Shown here piece by piece: positions 26,050 through 35,172 of a stretch of DNA of 64,000 nt (position 1 is its first letter; each line of letters opens with the position of its first letter). The position numbers were made by a program, and so were the translations under genes. Source of the DNA: Allosphingosinicella sp. (GTDB lineage: Bacteria > Pseudomonadota > Alphaproteobacteria > Sphingomonadales > Sphingomonadaceae); contig DASWRU010000048.1 in assembly GCA_036403015.1 (NCBI GenBank), positions 3,532-67,531 of the forward strand, in the 5' to 3' direction. The notes below the pieces were generated by a model. That model was not told the origin of the DNA. It did no database searches and worked only from the letters and a program-made list of their open reading frames with translations.

Positions 26050-26453
26050 GGCAGCTCGCGCCTCGTCTCGGCCGGCGAGGGCGGATCGGGGAGGGGGAGC
26101 TCGTCCTGGGCCGAGGGCTCGGGCGGCGGGGCGACATCGGGGTCCAGCGCCGGCGGCGGGGGCTCGGCCGCGGCTTCGGGACCCGGGACGGGATCGGAGG
26201 TCGTCCAGGCGCCCGCGACCGGATGCTCGCGCATGATCCGGTCATTCTCCTCGCGCCACTTCTTCTCCATCTCCTCCAGCTCGGACTGGCGGATCATCTC
26301 GTCGATTCCCGAGCGGAAGTGGCGGGCCATGCCGCGGGCGCGGCCGACCCACTGGCCGACGACGCGCATGACGCGCGGCAGGTCCTTGGGCCCGATCACG
26401 ACCAGCGCGACCAGGGCGACGATGAGAAGCTCGGAGGAATCGACGCCGAACAT
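26046..26453 (-). CDS. tatB: twin-arginine translocase subunit TatB
   Basis: MFGVDSSELLIVALVALVVIGPKDLPRVMR N-terminus. Confidence 0.9.
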   Translation of the reverse strand: MFGVDSSELLIVALVALVVIGPKDLPRVMRVVGQWVGRARGMARHFRSGIDEMIRQSELEEMEKKWREENDRIMREHPVAGAWTTSDPVPGPEAAAEPPPPALDPDVAPPPEPSAQDELPLPDPPSPAETRRELP

Positions 26454-26482
26454 GGCGCTGGCGCTCGGCGGCTTGGTCTAGG

Positions 26483-26740
26483 TCAGGGCTCGCGCCGGTC
26501 GAGCGGGTCGGCCGTGCGGGTCGGCTCGGGCGGGGCCTCGGCGCGCGGCTCCGCGGAGAGGCGGCGCTGCGCCTCGGCCTTGCGGGCGGCTTCGGCCTCC
26601 TCGTCCTCGGTCATGCCCTTCTTGAAGCTTTTGATGCCCTTGGCGACGTCGCCCATCATGTCGGAGAAACGGCCCTTGCCGAACAGGAGCAGGATGATGA
26701 CTCCGAGGACGAGCCAGTGCCAGATGCTGAAGCCACCCAT
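26483..26740 (-). CDS. tatA: twin-arginine translocase subunit TatA
   Basis: Inner start [42 protein letters not shown]. Confidence 0.9.
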   Translation of the reverse strand: MGGFSIWHWLVLGVIILLLFGKGRFSDMMGDVAKGIKSFKKGMTEDEEAEAARKAEAQRRLSAEPRAEAPPEPTRTADPLDRREP

Positions 26741-26772
26741 TCTCTCTCTCCGATCATGCCTTGCACCGGTAC

Positions 26773-27351
26773 CTAGTCGCCCTCGGGGCCACTTTCCAGT
26801 TCCAGTTGCTCCAGCGCCGCGTCGATCGGGTCGAGGAGGCCCGCCGCCTTCAAATCGTCGATGCCGGGAAGGTCGCGGCGGCTGGCCAGGCCGAAATGCT
26901 GCAGGAAGGCCTGGGTGGTGGCGTAGGTCAGCGGCCGCCCCGGCACTTCGCGGCGCCCGGCGGGGCGCACCCATCCCGCCTCCATCAGCACGTCGAGCGT
27001 GCCGCGCGAGATCTGCACGCCCCTTATCGCCTCGATCTCGGCGCGGCTGACCGGCTCGTGATAGGCGATGATCGCCAGCGTCTCGACGGCCGCGCGCGAC
27101 AGGCGGCGAGGCTCCTCCCGTTCGCGGCGCAGCACGTAAGCGAGGTCGGCGGCGGTCTGGAAATGCCAGCGTCCGCCCCGCTCGACCAGATTGACGCCGC
27201 GGCCGGCATAATGGCCCTCGAGCTCGGCGAGCGCCGCCTTGACCTCGACGCCCTCGCCGACATGGGCGGCGATGTCGTCGGGGCCGAGCGGCTCCGCCGC
27301 GGCGAACAGCGCCGCCTCCACCGCCCGCACGTCGTCCGAAAGCTCCCTCAT
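26773..27351 (-). CDS. scpB: segregation and condensation protein B
   Basis: Inner start [36 protein letters not shown] and [15 protein letters not shown] winged-helix motifs. Confidence 0.9.
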   Translation of the reverse strand: MRELSDDVRAVEAALFAAAEPLGPDDIAAHVGEGVEVKAALAELEGHYAGRGVNLVERGGRWHFQTAADLAYVLRREREEPRRLSRAAVETLAIIAYHEPVSRAEIEAIRGVQISRGTLDVLMEAGWVRPAGRREVPGRPLTYATTQAFLQHFGLASRRDLPGIDDLKAAGLLDPIDAALEQLELESGPEGD

Positions 27352-28124
27352 GCGGCGCGGATGTAGAGAGGCGCGAAGGGCGCCTTCTGGTCGAGCTCGG
27401 CGCGGCCGGTGCGGGCGAGCTCCAAAGCGGCGACGAAGCTCGACGCGAGCGCCGACCTGCGGAACTCCGGATCCTGCGTGTCCGGAAGGAAGCTTTCCAG
27501 CCGCGCCCATTCCAAACTGGCGCCGATCATCCGCTCGACCCGCAGCAAGGCCTCTTCCAGCGTCATCACCGGGCGGCGCGACACGATGTGGACGGCGGGC
27601 TCGGTGCGGGCGCGGACGGAGCCGTAGGCCGCGATCAGGTCGTAAAGCTCCGCCTGCCATGCCGAACGCCGCACGATTCGGAGCCCTTCCGGCGCCGCGC
27701 GCAGGAAGACGTCGCGGCCGATCCGGTCGCGGCCCATCAGCCGGGCGCCCGCCTCGCGCATCGCCGAAAGCCGCTGGAGCCTGAGCTGGAGCCGCATCGC
27801 CAGCTCTTCCGGGCTCGGATCGGCCTCGGATTCCTTGGGCAGGAGCAGGCAGGATTTGAGGTAGGCGAGCCACGCCGCCATGACGAGATAGTCCGCCGCG
27901 ATCTCGAGCTTGAGCTTCTTGGCGTCGGCGATGAAGGCGAGATATTGCTCGACCAGCGCGAGGATCGAGATCTTGGCGAGGTCCACCTTTTGCGAGCGCG
28001 CCAGCGTCAGCAGCAGGTCGAGCGGCCCTTCCCACCCGTCGATGTCGAGCGTCAGCCGGTCCGCCTCGCGCATCACCGGCGCTTCCTCGAATTCGGCCTC
28101 GTCGAAGGATTCGGGCTCTTCCAT
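27348..28124 (-). CDS. scpA: segregation and condensation protein A
   Basis: FEGPLDLLL-type motif ([31 protein letters not shown]). 4-nt overlap with scpB. Confidence 0.9.
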   Translation of the reverse strand: MEEPESFDEAEFEEAPVMREADRLTLDIDGWEGPLDLLLTLARSQKVDLAKISILALVEQYLAFIADAKKLKLEIAADYLVMAAWLAYLKSCLLLPKESEADPSPEELAMRLQLRLQRLSAMREAGARLMGRDRIGRDVFLRAAPEGLRIVRRSAWQAELYDLIAAYGSVRARTEPAVHIVSRRPVMTLEEALLRVERMIGASLEWARLESFLPDTQDPEFRRSALASSFVAALELARTGRAELDQKAPFAPLYIRAA

Positions 28125-28471
28125 GGCCGGAGATTAGGGGCTCCGGCCGGGCTTGCGAAGCCCATTCGGAAACGACGGGCCTTTAGCGCGCCCGCGCGGT
28201 CGCTTCGGCGCACCTCAAACCCACTAAAATGGTGGATAAGTGATTTACCGTCTTGGCGAAGGTTTCCGATTGAGGCACTATCACTGGTGGCGCTGCCAAG
28301 GGGGTGACGCTAGACCTTGTGGAAAGTCGCTGCGCAACCTATATGGGTCGCGAGGCGGTGGAGCTGTGTCCTGTGGATATCGGGGACAGAGTGAAATGAG
28401 CGCCCCGCACCCCCCGCAAAGTGCTTAAGCTGGTGTAAACCGGCTGGAACGCAAATAGAACAAGGGGTAGG

Positions 28472-30397
28472 ATGATGGACCTTTCGGGCAGCAGCGAAGT
28501 GGGAGCGAGCGACGTGGCCACCACCACCACCGCGGAGGCGCCGAAGAAGCCTGTCCCGAGCGCAGGCGAGGGGGCCAAGCGGGACAGCAAGGCGATCGTC
28601 CCGCAGGTCTATCCGGTCGAGATCGACCACGGCCGTGATTCGCTGCTGACCGATTTCGGCAAGGATACGTTGACCGACCGCTATCTGCTCCCCGGCGAAT
28701 CCTATCAGGACCTGTTCGTCCGAGTCGCCTCGGCTTATGCCGACGACCAGGGCCACGCCCAGCGCATCTACGACTATATCTCCAAGCTGTGGTTCATGCC
28801 GGCGACCCCGGTCCTGTCCAACGGCGGCACCGGCCGCGGCCTCCCCATCTCCTGCTACCTGAACAGCGTCGACGACAGCCTGGAAGGGATCGTCGGCACC
28901 TGGAACGAGAATGTCTGGCTGGCCTCGCGCGGCGGCGGCATCGGCACCTATTGGGGCAATGTCCGCGGCATCGGCGAGGCGGTGGGCCTGAACGGCAAGA
29001 CCAGCGGCATCATCCCGTTCGTGCGGGTGATGGACAGTCTCACCCTCGCGATCAGCCAGGGCTCGTTGCGGCGCGGCTCGGCCGCCGTCTATCTCGACAT
29101 CTCGCACCCGGAGATCGAGGAGTTCCTCGAGATCAGGAAGCCGTCGGGCGACTTCAACCGCAAGGCCCTGAACCTCCACCACGGCGTGCTCGTCTCCGAC
29201 GCCTTCATGGAAGCAGTGCGCGACGGGAGCGAATGGATGCTCCGCTCGCCCAAGGACCAGTCGGAGCGCGCCACCGTCGACGCGCGGGCCCTGTTCCAGA
29301 AGCTGGTCGAGACGCGCCTCGCGACCGGCGAGCCCTACATCATCTTCATCGACCAGGTGAACCGGTCGATGCCCCGCCACCATCGTGAGCTCGGCCTCAA
29401 GGTGTCGACCTCGAACCTGTGCTCCGAGATCACCCTGCCAACCGGCATCGACCATCTCGGCAAGGCGCGCACCGCGGTCTGCTGCCTCTCCTCATTGAAC
29501 CTCGAGACGTGGGACGAGTGGAACAAGGACAAGCTCTTCATCGAGGACGTGATGCGCTTCCTCGACAACGTGCTGCAGGATTATATCGACCGAGCGCCGG
29601 ACGAGATGGCGCGGGCCAAATATTCGGCGATGCGCGAGCGCTCGGTCGGCCTCGGCGTGATGGGCTTCCACTCCTTCCTCCAGGCCCGCAACATCGCCTT
29701 CGAAGGGGCGATGGCGAAGAGCTGGAACCTCAAGATCTTCAAGCATATCCGCGCCCAGGTCGACGAAGCCTCGATGATGCTCGCCCATGAGCGCGGGCCC
29801 TGCCCCGACGCCGCCGACATGGGCGTGATGGAGCGCTTCTCGTGCAAGATGGCGATCGCTCCGACCGCCTCGATCTCGATCATCTGCGGCGGCACCTCCG
29901 CCTGCATCGAGCCGATCCCCGGCAACGTCTACACCCACAAGACGCTCAGCGGCTCCTTCTCGATCCGCAATCCGCACCTCGAGAAGTTGCTGATCGCCAA
30001 GTCGAAGAATTCGGAAGCCGTGTGGCACTCGATCCTCGAGCAGAACGGCTCGGTCCAGCACCTCGACTTCCTGACCGCCGAGGAGAAGGACACGTTCAAG
30101 ACCAGCTTCGAGATCGACCAGCGCTGGCTGATCGAGCTCGCCGCCGACCGCACCCGCTATATCGACCAGGCGACGTCCCTCAATCTGTTCATCCCCGCCG
30201 ACGTCGACAAATGGGACCTCCTGATGCTCCACTTCCGCGCCTGGGAGCTGGGCATCAAGTCGCTTTACTACCTCCGTTCCAAGTCGGTGCAGCGCGCCGG
30301 CTTCGCCGGCGGCGTGGAGGCCGACAACACCATCGACCTCAAGGAAATCCCCCTCGCCGCCACCACCGATTACGACGAGTGCCTGGCATGTCAGTGA
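28472..30397 (+). CDS. nrdA: ribonucleoside-diphosphate reductase alpha subunit (class I, no ATP-cone)
   Basis: PATPVLSNGGT, the STSNLCSEITLP active-site Cys/Glu, SLYYLRS and the C-terminal ECLACQ redox pair. Confidence 0.9.
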   Translation: MMDLSGSSEVGASDVATTTTAEAPKKPVPSAGEGAKRDSKAIVPQVYPVEIDHGRDSLLTDFGKDTLTDRYLLPGESYQDLFVRVASAYADDQGHAQRIYDYISKLWFMPATPVLSNGGTGRGLPISCYLNSVDDSLEGIVGTWNENVWLASRGGGIGTYWGNVRGIGEAVGLNGKTSGIIPFVRVMDSLTLAISQGSLRRGSAAVYLDISHPEIEEFLEIRKPSGDFNRKALNLHHGVLVSDAFMEAVRDGSEWMLRSPKDQSERATVDARALFQKLVETRLATGEPYIIFIDQVNRSMPRHHRELGLKVSTSNLCSEITLPTGIDHLGKARTAVCCLSSLNLETWDEWNKDKLFIEDVMRFLDNVLQDYIDRAPDEMARAKYSAMRERSVGLGVMGFHSFLQARNIAFEGAMAKSWNLKIFKHIRAQVDEASMMLAHERGPCPDAADMGVMERFSCKMAIAPTASISIICGGTSACIEPIPGNVYTHKTLSGSFSIRNPHLEKLLIAKSKNSEAVWHSILEQNGSVQHLDFLTAEEKDTFKTSFEIDQRWLIELAADRTRYIDQATSLNLFIPADVDKWDLLMLHFRAWELGIKSLYYLRSKSVQRAGFAGGVEADNTIDLKEIPLAATTDYDECLACQ

Positions 30398-30636
30398 TGC
30401 CGCACCCGCTCACCTGGGGCCACCTCCTCATCGGCCTCGCCGTCCTGGCCTTGCTCTACGCCCTGTGGCAGCTCGTCACCTGGGCGCGCTACCGCGGCGC
30501 CGGGCACGGCCGCGGCACGCCCGGCTACGCCCGCGCCCGCGACGGCCGCCGCTACGCGGTCTGGGCCGTTCTCGTCGCCCTCCTCCTCGCCGCGATCGGC
30601 TGCCTGACGCCGCTCTGCGCGGCCACCCTCTACTGA
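30388..30636 (+). CDS. small two-TM membrane protein between nrdA and nrdB
   Basis: 82 aa. Its ATG overlaps the nrdA end. Hydrophobic LLIGLAVLALLYALW and VWAVLVALLLAAIGCL segments. Confidence 0.35.
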   Translation: MSVMPHPLTWGHLLIGLAVLALLYALWQLVTWARYRGAGHGRGTPGYARARDGRRYAVWAVLVALLLAAIGCLTPLCAATLY

Positions 30637-30652
30637 CCCCGGAGTCCGCACC

Positions 30653-31732
30653 ATGCCCCTCCTCACCGCCTCCAAGACCTACAAGCCGTTCGAATATCCC
30701 TGGGCGTTCGAATTCTGGAAGCGCCAGCAGCAGATCCACTGGATGCCGGAGGAGGTCCCCCTCGGCGAGGATTGCCGCGACTGGGCGCAGAAATTGACCG
30801 ACCACGAGCGCTCGCTCCTCACCCAGATCTTCCGCTTCTTCACCCAGGCCGACATCGAGGTGCAGGATTGCTACCACGACAAATATGGCCGCGTGTTCAA
30901 GCCGGTCGAGGTCAAGATGATGCTGACCGCTTTCTCCAACATGGAGACGGTCCACATCGCCGCTTATTCGCACCTACTCGACACGATCGGCATGCCGGAG
31001 AGCGAATACAGCGCCTTCATGCAGTATAAGGAGATGAAGGATAAGCACGATTACCTCGCCACGTTCGGAGTCGACACGGACGAGGACATCGCCAGGACGC
31101 TCGCCATGTTCGGCGGCTTCACCGAGGGTCTTCAGCTCTTCGCCAGCTTCGCGATGCTGATGAACTTCCCGCGCTTCAACAAGATGAAGGGCATGGGCCA
31201 GATCGTCAGCTGGTCGGTCCGCGACGAGAGCCTCCATTGCGAGGGCATCACCCGCCTGTTCCACGCCTTCGTCAAGGAGCGGAACTGCATGACCAAGGCG
31301 GTGCGCGACGATATCATGGACGTCTGCCAGAAGACGGTGCGCCTCGAGGACGCCTTCATCGACCTCGCCTTCGAGCAGGGCCCGGTCCCCGGCATGACCC
31401 CCAAGGAGATCAAGAAGTACATCCGCTACATCGCCGACTGGCGGCTGGGCCAATTGGGCTTCCAGCCCATCTACATGATCGACGACCACCCTTTGCCGTG
31501 GCTGGCCCCCCTCCTCAACGGGGTGGAACACGCCAACTTCTTCGAAACGCGGGCGACCGAATATTCCAAGGCCGCGACCCGTGGGAATTGGGGCGAGGTC
31601 TGGGACAATTTCGACCGCCGGAAAGCGGCCAAGGCGGCCAACGACGGCGCGGCTGGCGTGGCCGCGGCGGCCGAGGCGAAGGCCGAGGGCGGCGAGGACA
31701 TGTTCACCCGGGCGGGCGTCGCGGCTGAATAG
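30653..31732 (+). CDS. nrdB: ribonucleoside-diphosphate reductase beta subunit
   Basis: Ferritin-like di-iron motifs (FFTQADIEV, ETVHIAAYSHL, FASFAMLM, DESLHCEG). The last roughly 50 codons are duplicated at 32208-32376. Confidence 0.9.
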   Translation: MPLLTASKTYKPFEYPWAFEFWKRQQQIHWMPEEVPLGEDCRDWAQKLTDHERSLLTQIFRFFTQADIEVQDCYHDKYGRVFKPVEVKMMLTAFSNMETVHIAAYSHLLDTIGMPESEYSAFMQYKEMKDKHDYLATFGVDTDEDIARTLAMFGGFTEGLQLFASFAMLMNFPRFNKMKGMGQIVSWSVRDESLHCEGITRLFHAFVKERNCMTKAVRDDIMDVCQKTVRLEDAFIDLAFEQGPVPGMTPKEIKKYIRYIADWRLGQLGFQPIYMIDDHPLPWLAPLLNGVEHANFFETRATEYSKAATRGNWGEVWDNFDRRKAAKAANDGAAGVAAAAEAKAEGGEDMFTRAGVAAE

Positions 31733-32016
31733 TGGAGGAGGTCGAGTTCGATCCGGTGAAGAGCGAGGAGAATCTTCGCCTGCGCGGTCTCCCGCTCGAG
31801 GCCGCCATCCTGCTCTTCGACGGACCATATATCGAAGAGCAGGACACCCGTCGTGATTATGGCGAGACGCGCTTCGTAGCCACCGGCCCGATTGAGGCGT
31901 TTGGCGATCGCGTCTTTGTGGTCGTATATACCTGGCGGGACGCGGTGCGGCGGATCATCAGTTTCAGGAGGGCCAATGGCCGAGAAATCCGAAAATACCG
32001 TGCGGATATCGCATGA
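31732..32016 (+). CDS. brnT: BrnT family toxin (type II TA ribonuclease)
   Basis: VEFDPVKSEENLRLRGLPLEAA...RVFVVVYTWRDAVRRIISFRRANGREIRKY matches the BrnT/DUF497 pattern. The GTG start overlaps the nrdB TAG. Confidence 0.8.
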   Translation: MEEVEFDPVKSEENLRLRGLPLEAAILLFDGPYIEEQDTRRDYGETRFVATGPIEAFGDRVFVVVYTWRDAVRRIISFRRANGREIRKYRADIA

Positions 32017-32203
32017 AGAGGCGCTGCGGCGCGCCCGCGAGTGGGCGACGCCGGAGAATCTCGCGCGCCTCGACGCGATGACCGACGAGGATATCGCCGC
32101 CCAGATCGCCAGCAACCCCGACGCCGCCCCCGAGCTCACCGACGAATGGTTCGAGAACGCGCGGCTGGTGATCCCGCTCAAGGGGCGCAAGCGCGCGGCG
32201 TGA
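31976..32203 (+). CDS. brnA: BrnA-type antitoxin (DUF4415-like)
   Basis: 75 aa. The MTDEDIAAQIASNPDAAPELTDEWFENARLV pattern overlaps the brnT 3' end. Confidence 0.7.
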   Translation: MAEKSENTVRISHEEALRRAREWATPENLARLDAMTDEDIAAQIASNPDAAPELTDEWFENARLVIPLKGRKRAA

Positions 32204-32207
32204 TGGT

Positions 32208-32376
32208 GGGGCAATTGGGGCGAGGTTTGGGACAGCGCAATCGTCCGGGGGACGACGAAGCCGACCGCCGCAAGCAGGCGAAGGCGGCGAATGACGGGGC
32301 GGCTTGCGTGGCGGCCGAGGCGAAGGCCGAGGGCGGCGAGGACATGTTCACGCGCGCGGGGGTCGGGGCGGAGTAG
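32208..32376 (+). pseudogene. displaced, frameshifted remnant of the nrdB 3' end
   Basis: Aligns to 31583-31732, including a 42-nt identical run (31666-31707 = 32310-32351). An indel after GGGACA breaks the frame. It retains a ...EAKAEGGEDMFTRAGVGAE* ending. Confidence 0.8.
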
Positions 32377-32475
32377 CTTGCTCTGAACAGGGTTGTACGG
32401 TATGGAACGAACATGGAACATGCATCATCAGCCGGAGGGCACTGCCGACTGGGCTCAAACAGCGTCGAGGCGGTA

Positions 32476-32979
32476 ATGTACGACGTGCGGGACGTAGCCA
32501 ATTTGACGCTGGATTTCGCCGAGGAGCGTCGATTGCCTATTACCAATCTCGCGCTTCAGAAGCTCCTGTATTTCGTGCATGGCTGGTTCTATTCATTATA
32601 TGACCAGCCACTAATAAAGAATAAGTTTGAGGCGTGGCAGTATGGGCCAGTCCAAAGGGTAATTTACGATCAGTTCAAATCGTGCAGAGACAGTCCAATT
32701 CGCAGTCTCCGAGCTACTTATATCGATCCCTTAAGCGGCGAACCCACGTATCGCGAGCCCTGTATAACTGCGGAGCATGCATGCGTAATTCGAGGCGTCC
32801 TTGAGAAATATGAGCGCTATACCGTAGGCCAATTAGTGGAAGAGTCTCACGCAGAGGACGGGCCGTGGGAATACGTGTGGAAGCAGGCAGAAGACGCAAT
32901 ATACCCTGGAATGAAGATTCCAGATGCGCTTATCCTCGACCATTTTAGGCGCTTGGCGCCTATACTCACTTTGCACTGA
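32476..32979 (+). CDS. Panacea (DUF4065) domain antitoxin-like protein (SocA/PanA type)
   Basis: MYDVRDVANLTLDF...ITNLALQKLLYFVHGWFYSLYDQPLIKNKFEAWQYGPVQRVIYDQF is the DUF4065 hallmark. Lies in the AT-rich segment. Confidence 0.7.
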   Translation: MYDVRDVANLTLDFAEERRLPITNLALQKLLYFVHGWFYSLYDQPLIKNKFEAWQYGPVQRVIYDQFKSCRDSPIRSLRATYIDPLSGEPTYREPCITAEHACVIRGVLEKYERYTVGQLVEESHAEDGPWEYVWKQAEDAIYPGMKIPDALILDHFRRLAPILTLH

Positions 32980-32990
32980 GGAGAGAGACG

Positions 32991-33683
32991 TTGGGTCGGA
33001 ACGTAGATTTGCTGGATGCCGCTCGAATGACTGCGGCAACGACCCGGGAGACGGCGCTGCGGGTAAGCCAGTATTTTGGCGATGCAGGACCATTCAGTTA
33101 CGGAAATGTGCGTCGGCTCACGCCCGTGTTGCTCGAAGGGGCGATGCCCTATGCTGTGGCCATCGCCGGGCTCCAGCGCATAAAGTTTGAGTTAGCTCGT
33201 AAATGCAACCTAGACGTGGCAGAGCTTGTAGCTGCCTGTACACAATTCAGAGGGCGGACTTTCTACAAGCTGAAAAGACTTCTCTACGCAATTGACCGTG
33301 ATTTTGCTCTCTCTATTCGACCAGAAACTGTAGCAGTTTTGGATGGCATTCCACATCTTATATTCCTGCAGCCTAGAAAGACGGCGACGCCGTGGGCTTA
33401 CAGTCCGAGCTTTATGAGGCGAGTGCTTGAAGAAGTCTACAGCGACTACTTCCAGGAATTTCGCCTTTGGCTAATCGACACCGAGGCTCTTGGAGATGAA
33501 GATAGGGAGCTAAGGGTGGTCGATCTCCAGGCTGTCGCTCCCATGGGGGAGAGAGAGTTCACACGACGAATCGCATCGCTTCGCAAGGCGTGGCGTCTTT
33601 ATCTAACGGGACCGCGTCCAAAGAAGGACCGTCCCGGAAGGTCCGACGATCGGCAGAAAGATTTCGGCTTCGATGATGAGTGA
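32991..33683 (+). CDS. orphan 230-aa protein (candidate PanT-type toxin or MTase partner)
   Basis: TTG start 5 nt after a GAGGAGAGAG RBS and 11 nt after the DUF4065 stop. The 3' end overlaps the MTase start by 11 nt. No motif recognised. Confidence 0.55.
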   Translation: MGRNVDLLDAARMTAATTRETALRVSQYFGDAGPFSYGNVRRLTPVLLEGAMPYAVAIAGLQRIKFELARKCNLDVAELVAACTQFRGRTFYKLKRLLYAIDRDFALSIRPETVAVLDGIPHLIFLQPRKTATPWAYSPSFMRRVLEEVYSDYFQEFRLWLIDTEALGDEDRELRVVDLQAVAPMGEREFTRRIASLRKAWRLYLTGPRPKKDRPGRSDDRQKDFGFDDE

Positions 33684-34353
33684 CCTGTTCCCGCGGCCAT
33701 CATTGGAAGAGAACGATTTGAGCGAGGCTGGGATCGATCTCCTAGCCAGCGCGCGCGGGAGGAAGTTCGGGACAATCCTCGCCGACCCCCCGTGGCAGTT
33801 CCAGAACCGCACCGGCAAGGTTGCGCCGGAGCACAAGCGCCTTTCGCGCTACGGCACGATGACGCTGGACGAGATTTGCGCGCTGCCGGTCGAGGACATC
33901 GCCGCCGACCCCTCGCACCTGTACCTCTGGGTGCCGAACGCGCTGCTGCCCGAGGGGCTGAAAGTGATGGACGCCTGGGGCTATCGGTACATTTCCAACA
34001 TCGTCTGGCACAAGGTCCGCAAGGACGGCGGCTCGGACGGGCGTGGCGTCGGCTTCTACTTCCGCAACGTCACCGAGATCCTGCTGTTCGGCGTCCGCGG
34101 CAAGAACGCCCGAACGCTCGCTCCCGGCCGCAGCCAGGTCAACATGATCCAGAGCCGTAAACGCGAGCACAGCCGCAAACCGGACGAGCAGTACAAGATA
34201 ATCGAGGACTGCAGCTTCACACCACGGCTGGAAATGTTTAGCCGTGGCAAGCGGCGCGGCTGGACCGCCTGGGGCAACCAGGCCGACCATGACTACAAAC
34301 CCACCTGGGACACCTACGGCTACAACAGCGCCACGGACATCGCGGCCGAATAA
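33673..34353 (+). CDS. MT-A70 family N6-adenine DNA methyltransferase (minimal, 226 aa)
   Basis: ILADPPWQF catalytic motif, YLWVPNALL and EHSRKPDEQYKIIE. Confidence 0.85.
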   Translation: MMSDLFPRPSLEENDLSEAGIDLLASARGRKFGTILADPPWQFQNRTGKVAPEHKRLSRYGTMTLDEICALPVEDIAADPSHLYLWVPNALLPEGLKVMDAWGYRYISNIVWHKVRKDGGSDGRGVGFYFRNVTEILLFGVRGKNARTLAPGRSQVNMIQSRKREHSRKPDEQYKIIEDCSFTPRLEMFSRGKRRGWTAWGNQADHDYKPTWDTYGYNSATDIAAE

Positions 34354-35172
34354 TCAGTCCTCGTCCTCTTCTTCGGCGAGGAACTCGGCCGCCGCTCTTG
34401 CATCCAGAACGGCGTGCGCCTTCCTCCAGTCTTCCAACTCCGTGAAGATGGCTTCCTTGAAGCCCAACGCCAAAAGAGGACATCCCCCTGCCCGTCCGGC
34501 ATTTACCCGGTAGTCGAGCTTGCCCATCCATGTGGTGCTGGCGCCATACTTGTCCTTGAAGGATTTCACCGTATTCAAGCGGCTCGCTATGTCGGCAAAC
34601 ATCGCAGTCAGGCCTGTTGAACGCGTCAGGATTATACCGACATCGATGATGCCGCATTCGTAGAAGGCGCGCATGGCGTACAGATCGCGGTCGAACGTTT
34701 GGTCCTTGCTGTTCCACTCGAGATCGAACGCCACTCGGTCCTTCACGAAATCCACCTGGTGTCCATCGAGGAAGTTTTCCAGCAAACTCACATCCTCAAC
34801 TTTCAGGAACTTCGGACTCTTGGCCCGAGTGTTAAGAGCTCTAGCGGCCTTCCGCACCAGAAGGTCGCCGGATATCCTGGTCTCGTTCCAGCCCAATGGA
34901 TGAAGCAGCGCTTCGAGCTTTTTAGCGACTTGGCTCTTGTTCCCGCCCTTCTTGAGGATGTCCTCCATCTGGATCTCGAAGGAATTCAGGATTTCGAAGA
35001 GCTGCCGCACCTCACCACCATGGGCGGTGGAAAGCAGAATCGCTGCGTTCCGAAAGCTCTTGATCTCGTACTTTGCGCTGAAGCCCTCCGGCAGCAGCCC
35101 CTTCGGAAGCCGATCCTCGGTCGCTATTCTGGGCAGTGCCGCAAGCGCGTTCTTGAGTGGGTCGTCAGTCAT
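34354..35172 (-). CDS. type II restriction endonuclease, BglII/BamHI-like fold
   Basis: Inner start MTDDPL. VDFVKDRVAFDLEWNSKDQTFDRDLYAMRAFYECGIIDVGIILTR resembles the BglII-family D-x8-(D/E)-x-(E/Q) core. Coupled to the C gene by ATGACTGA. Confidence 0.6.
   Translation of the reverse strand: MTDDPLKNALAALPRIATEDRLPKGLLPEGFSAKYEIKSFRNAAILLSTAHGGEVRQLFEILNSFEIQMEDILKKGGNKSQVAKKLEALLHPLGWNETRISGDLLVRKAARALNTRAKSPKFLKVEDVSLLENFLDGHQVDFVKDRVAFDLEWNSKDQTFDRDLYAMRAFYECGIIDVGIILTRSTGLTAMFADIASRLNTVKSFKDKYGASTTWMGKLDYRVNAGRAGGCPLLALGFKEAIFTELEDWRKAHAVLDARAAAEFLAEEEDED

Noticed and set aside
28240-28471. Cobalamin or other riboswitch in the long nrdA leader
   Set aside because: I could not find a B12 box (AGYCMGGNGACCNGCC / GCCACTG) or the GGTGNNAANNCC core. 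Only weak fragments occur. The region is kept as a protein-operator lead instead.
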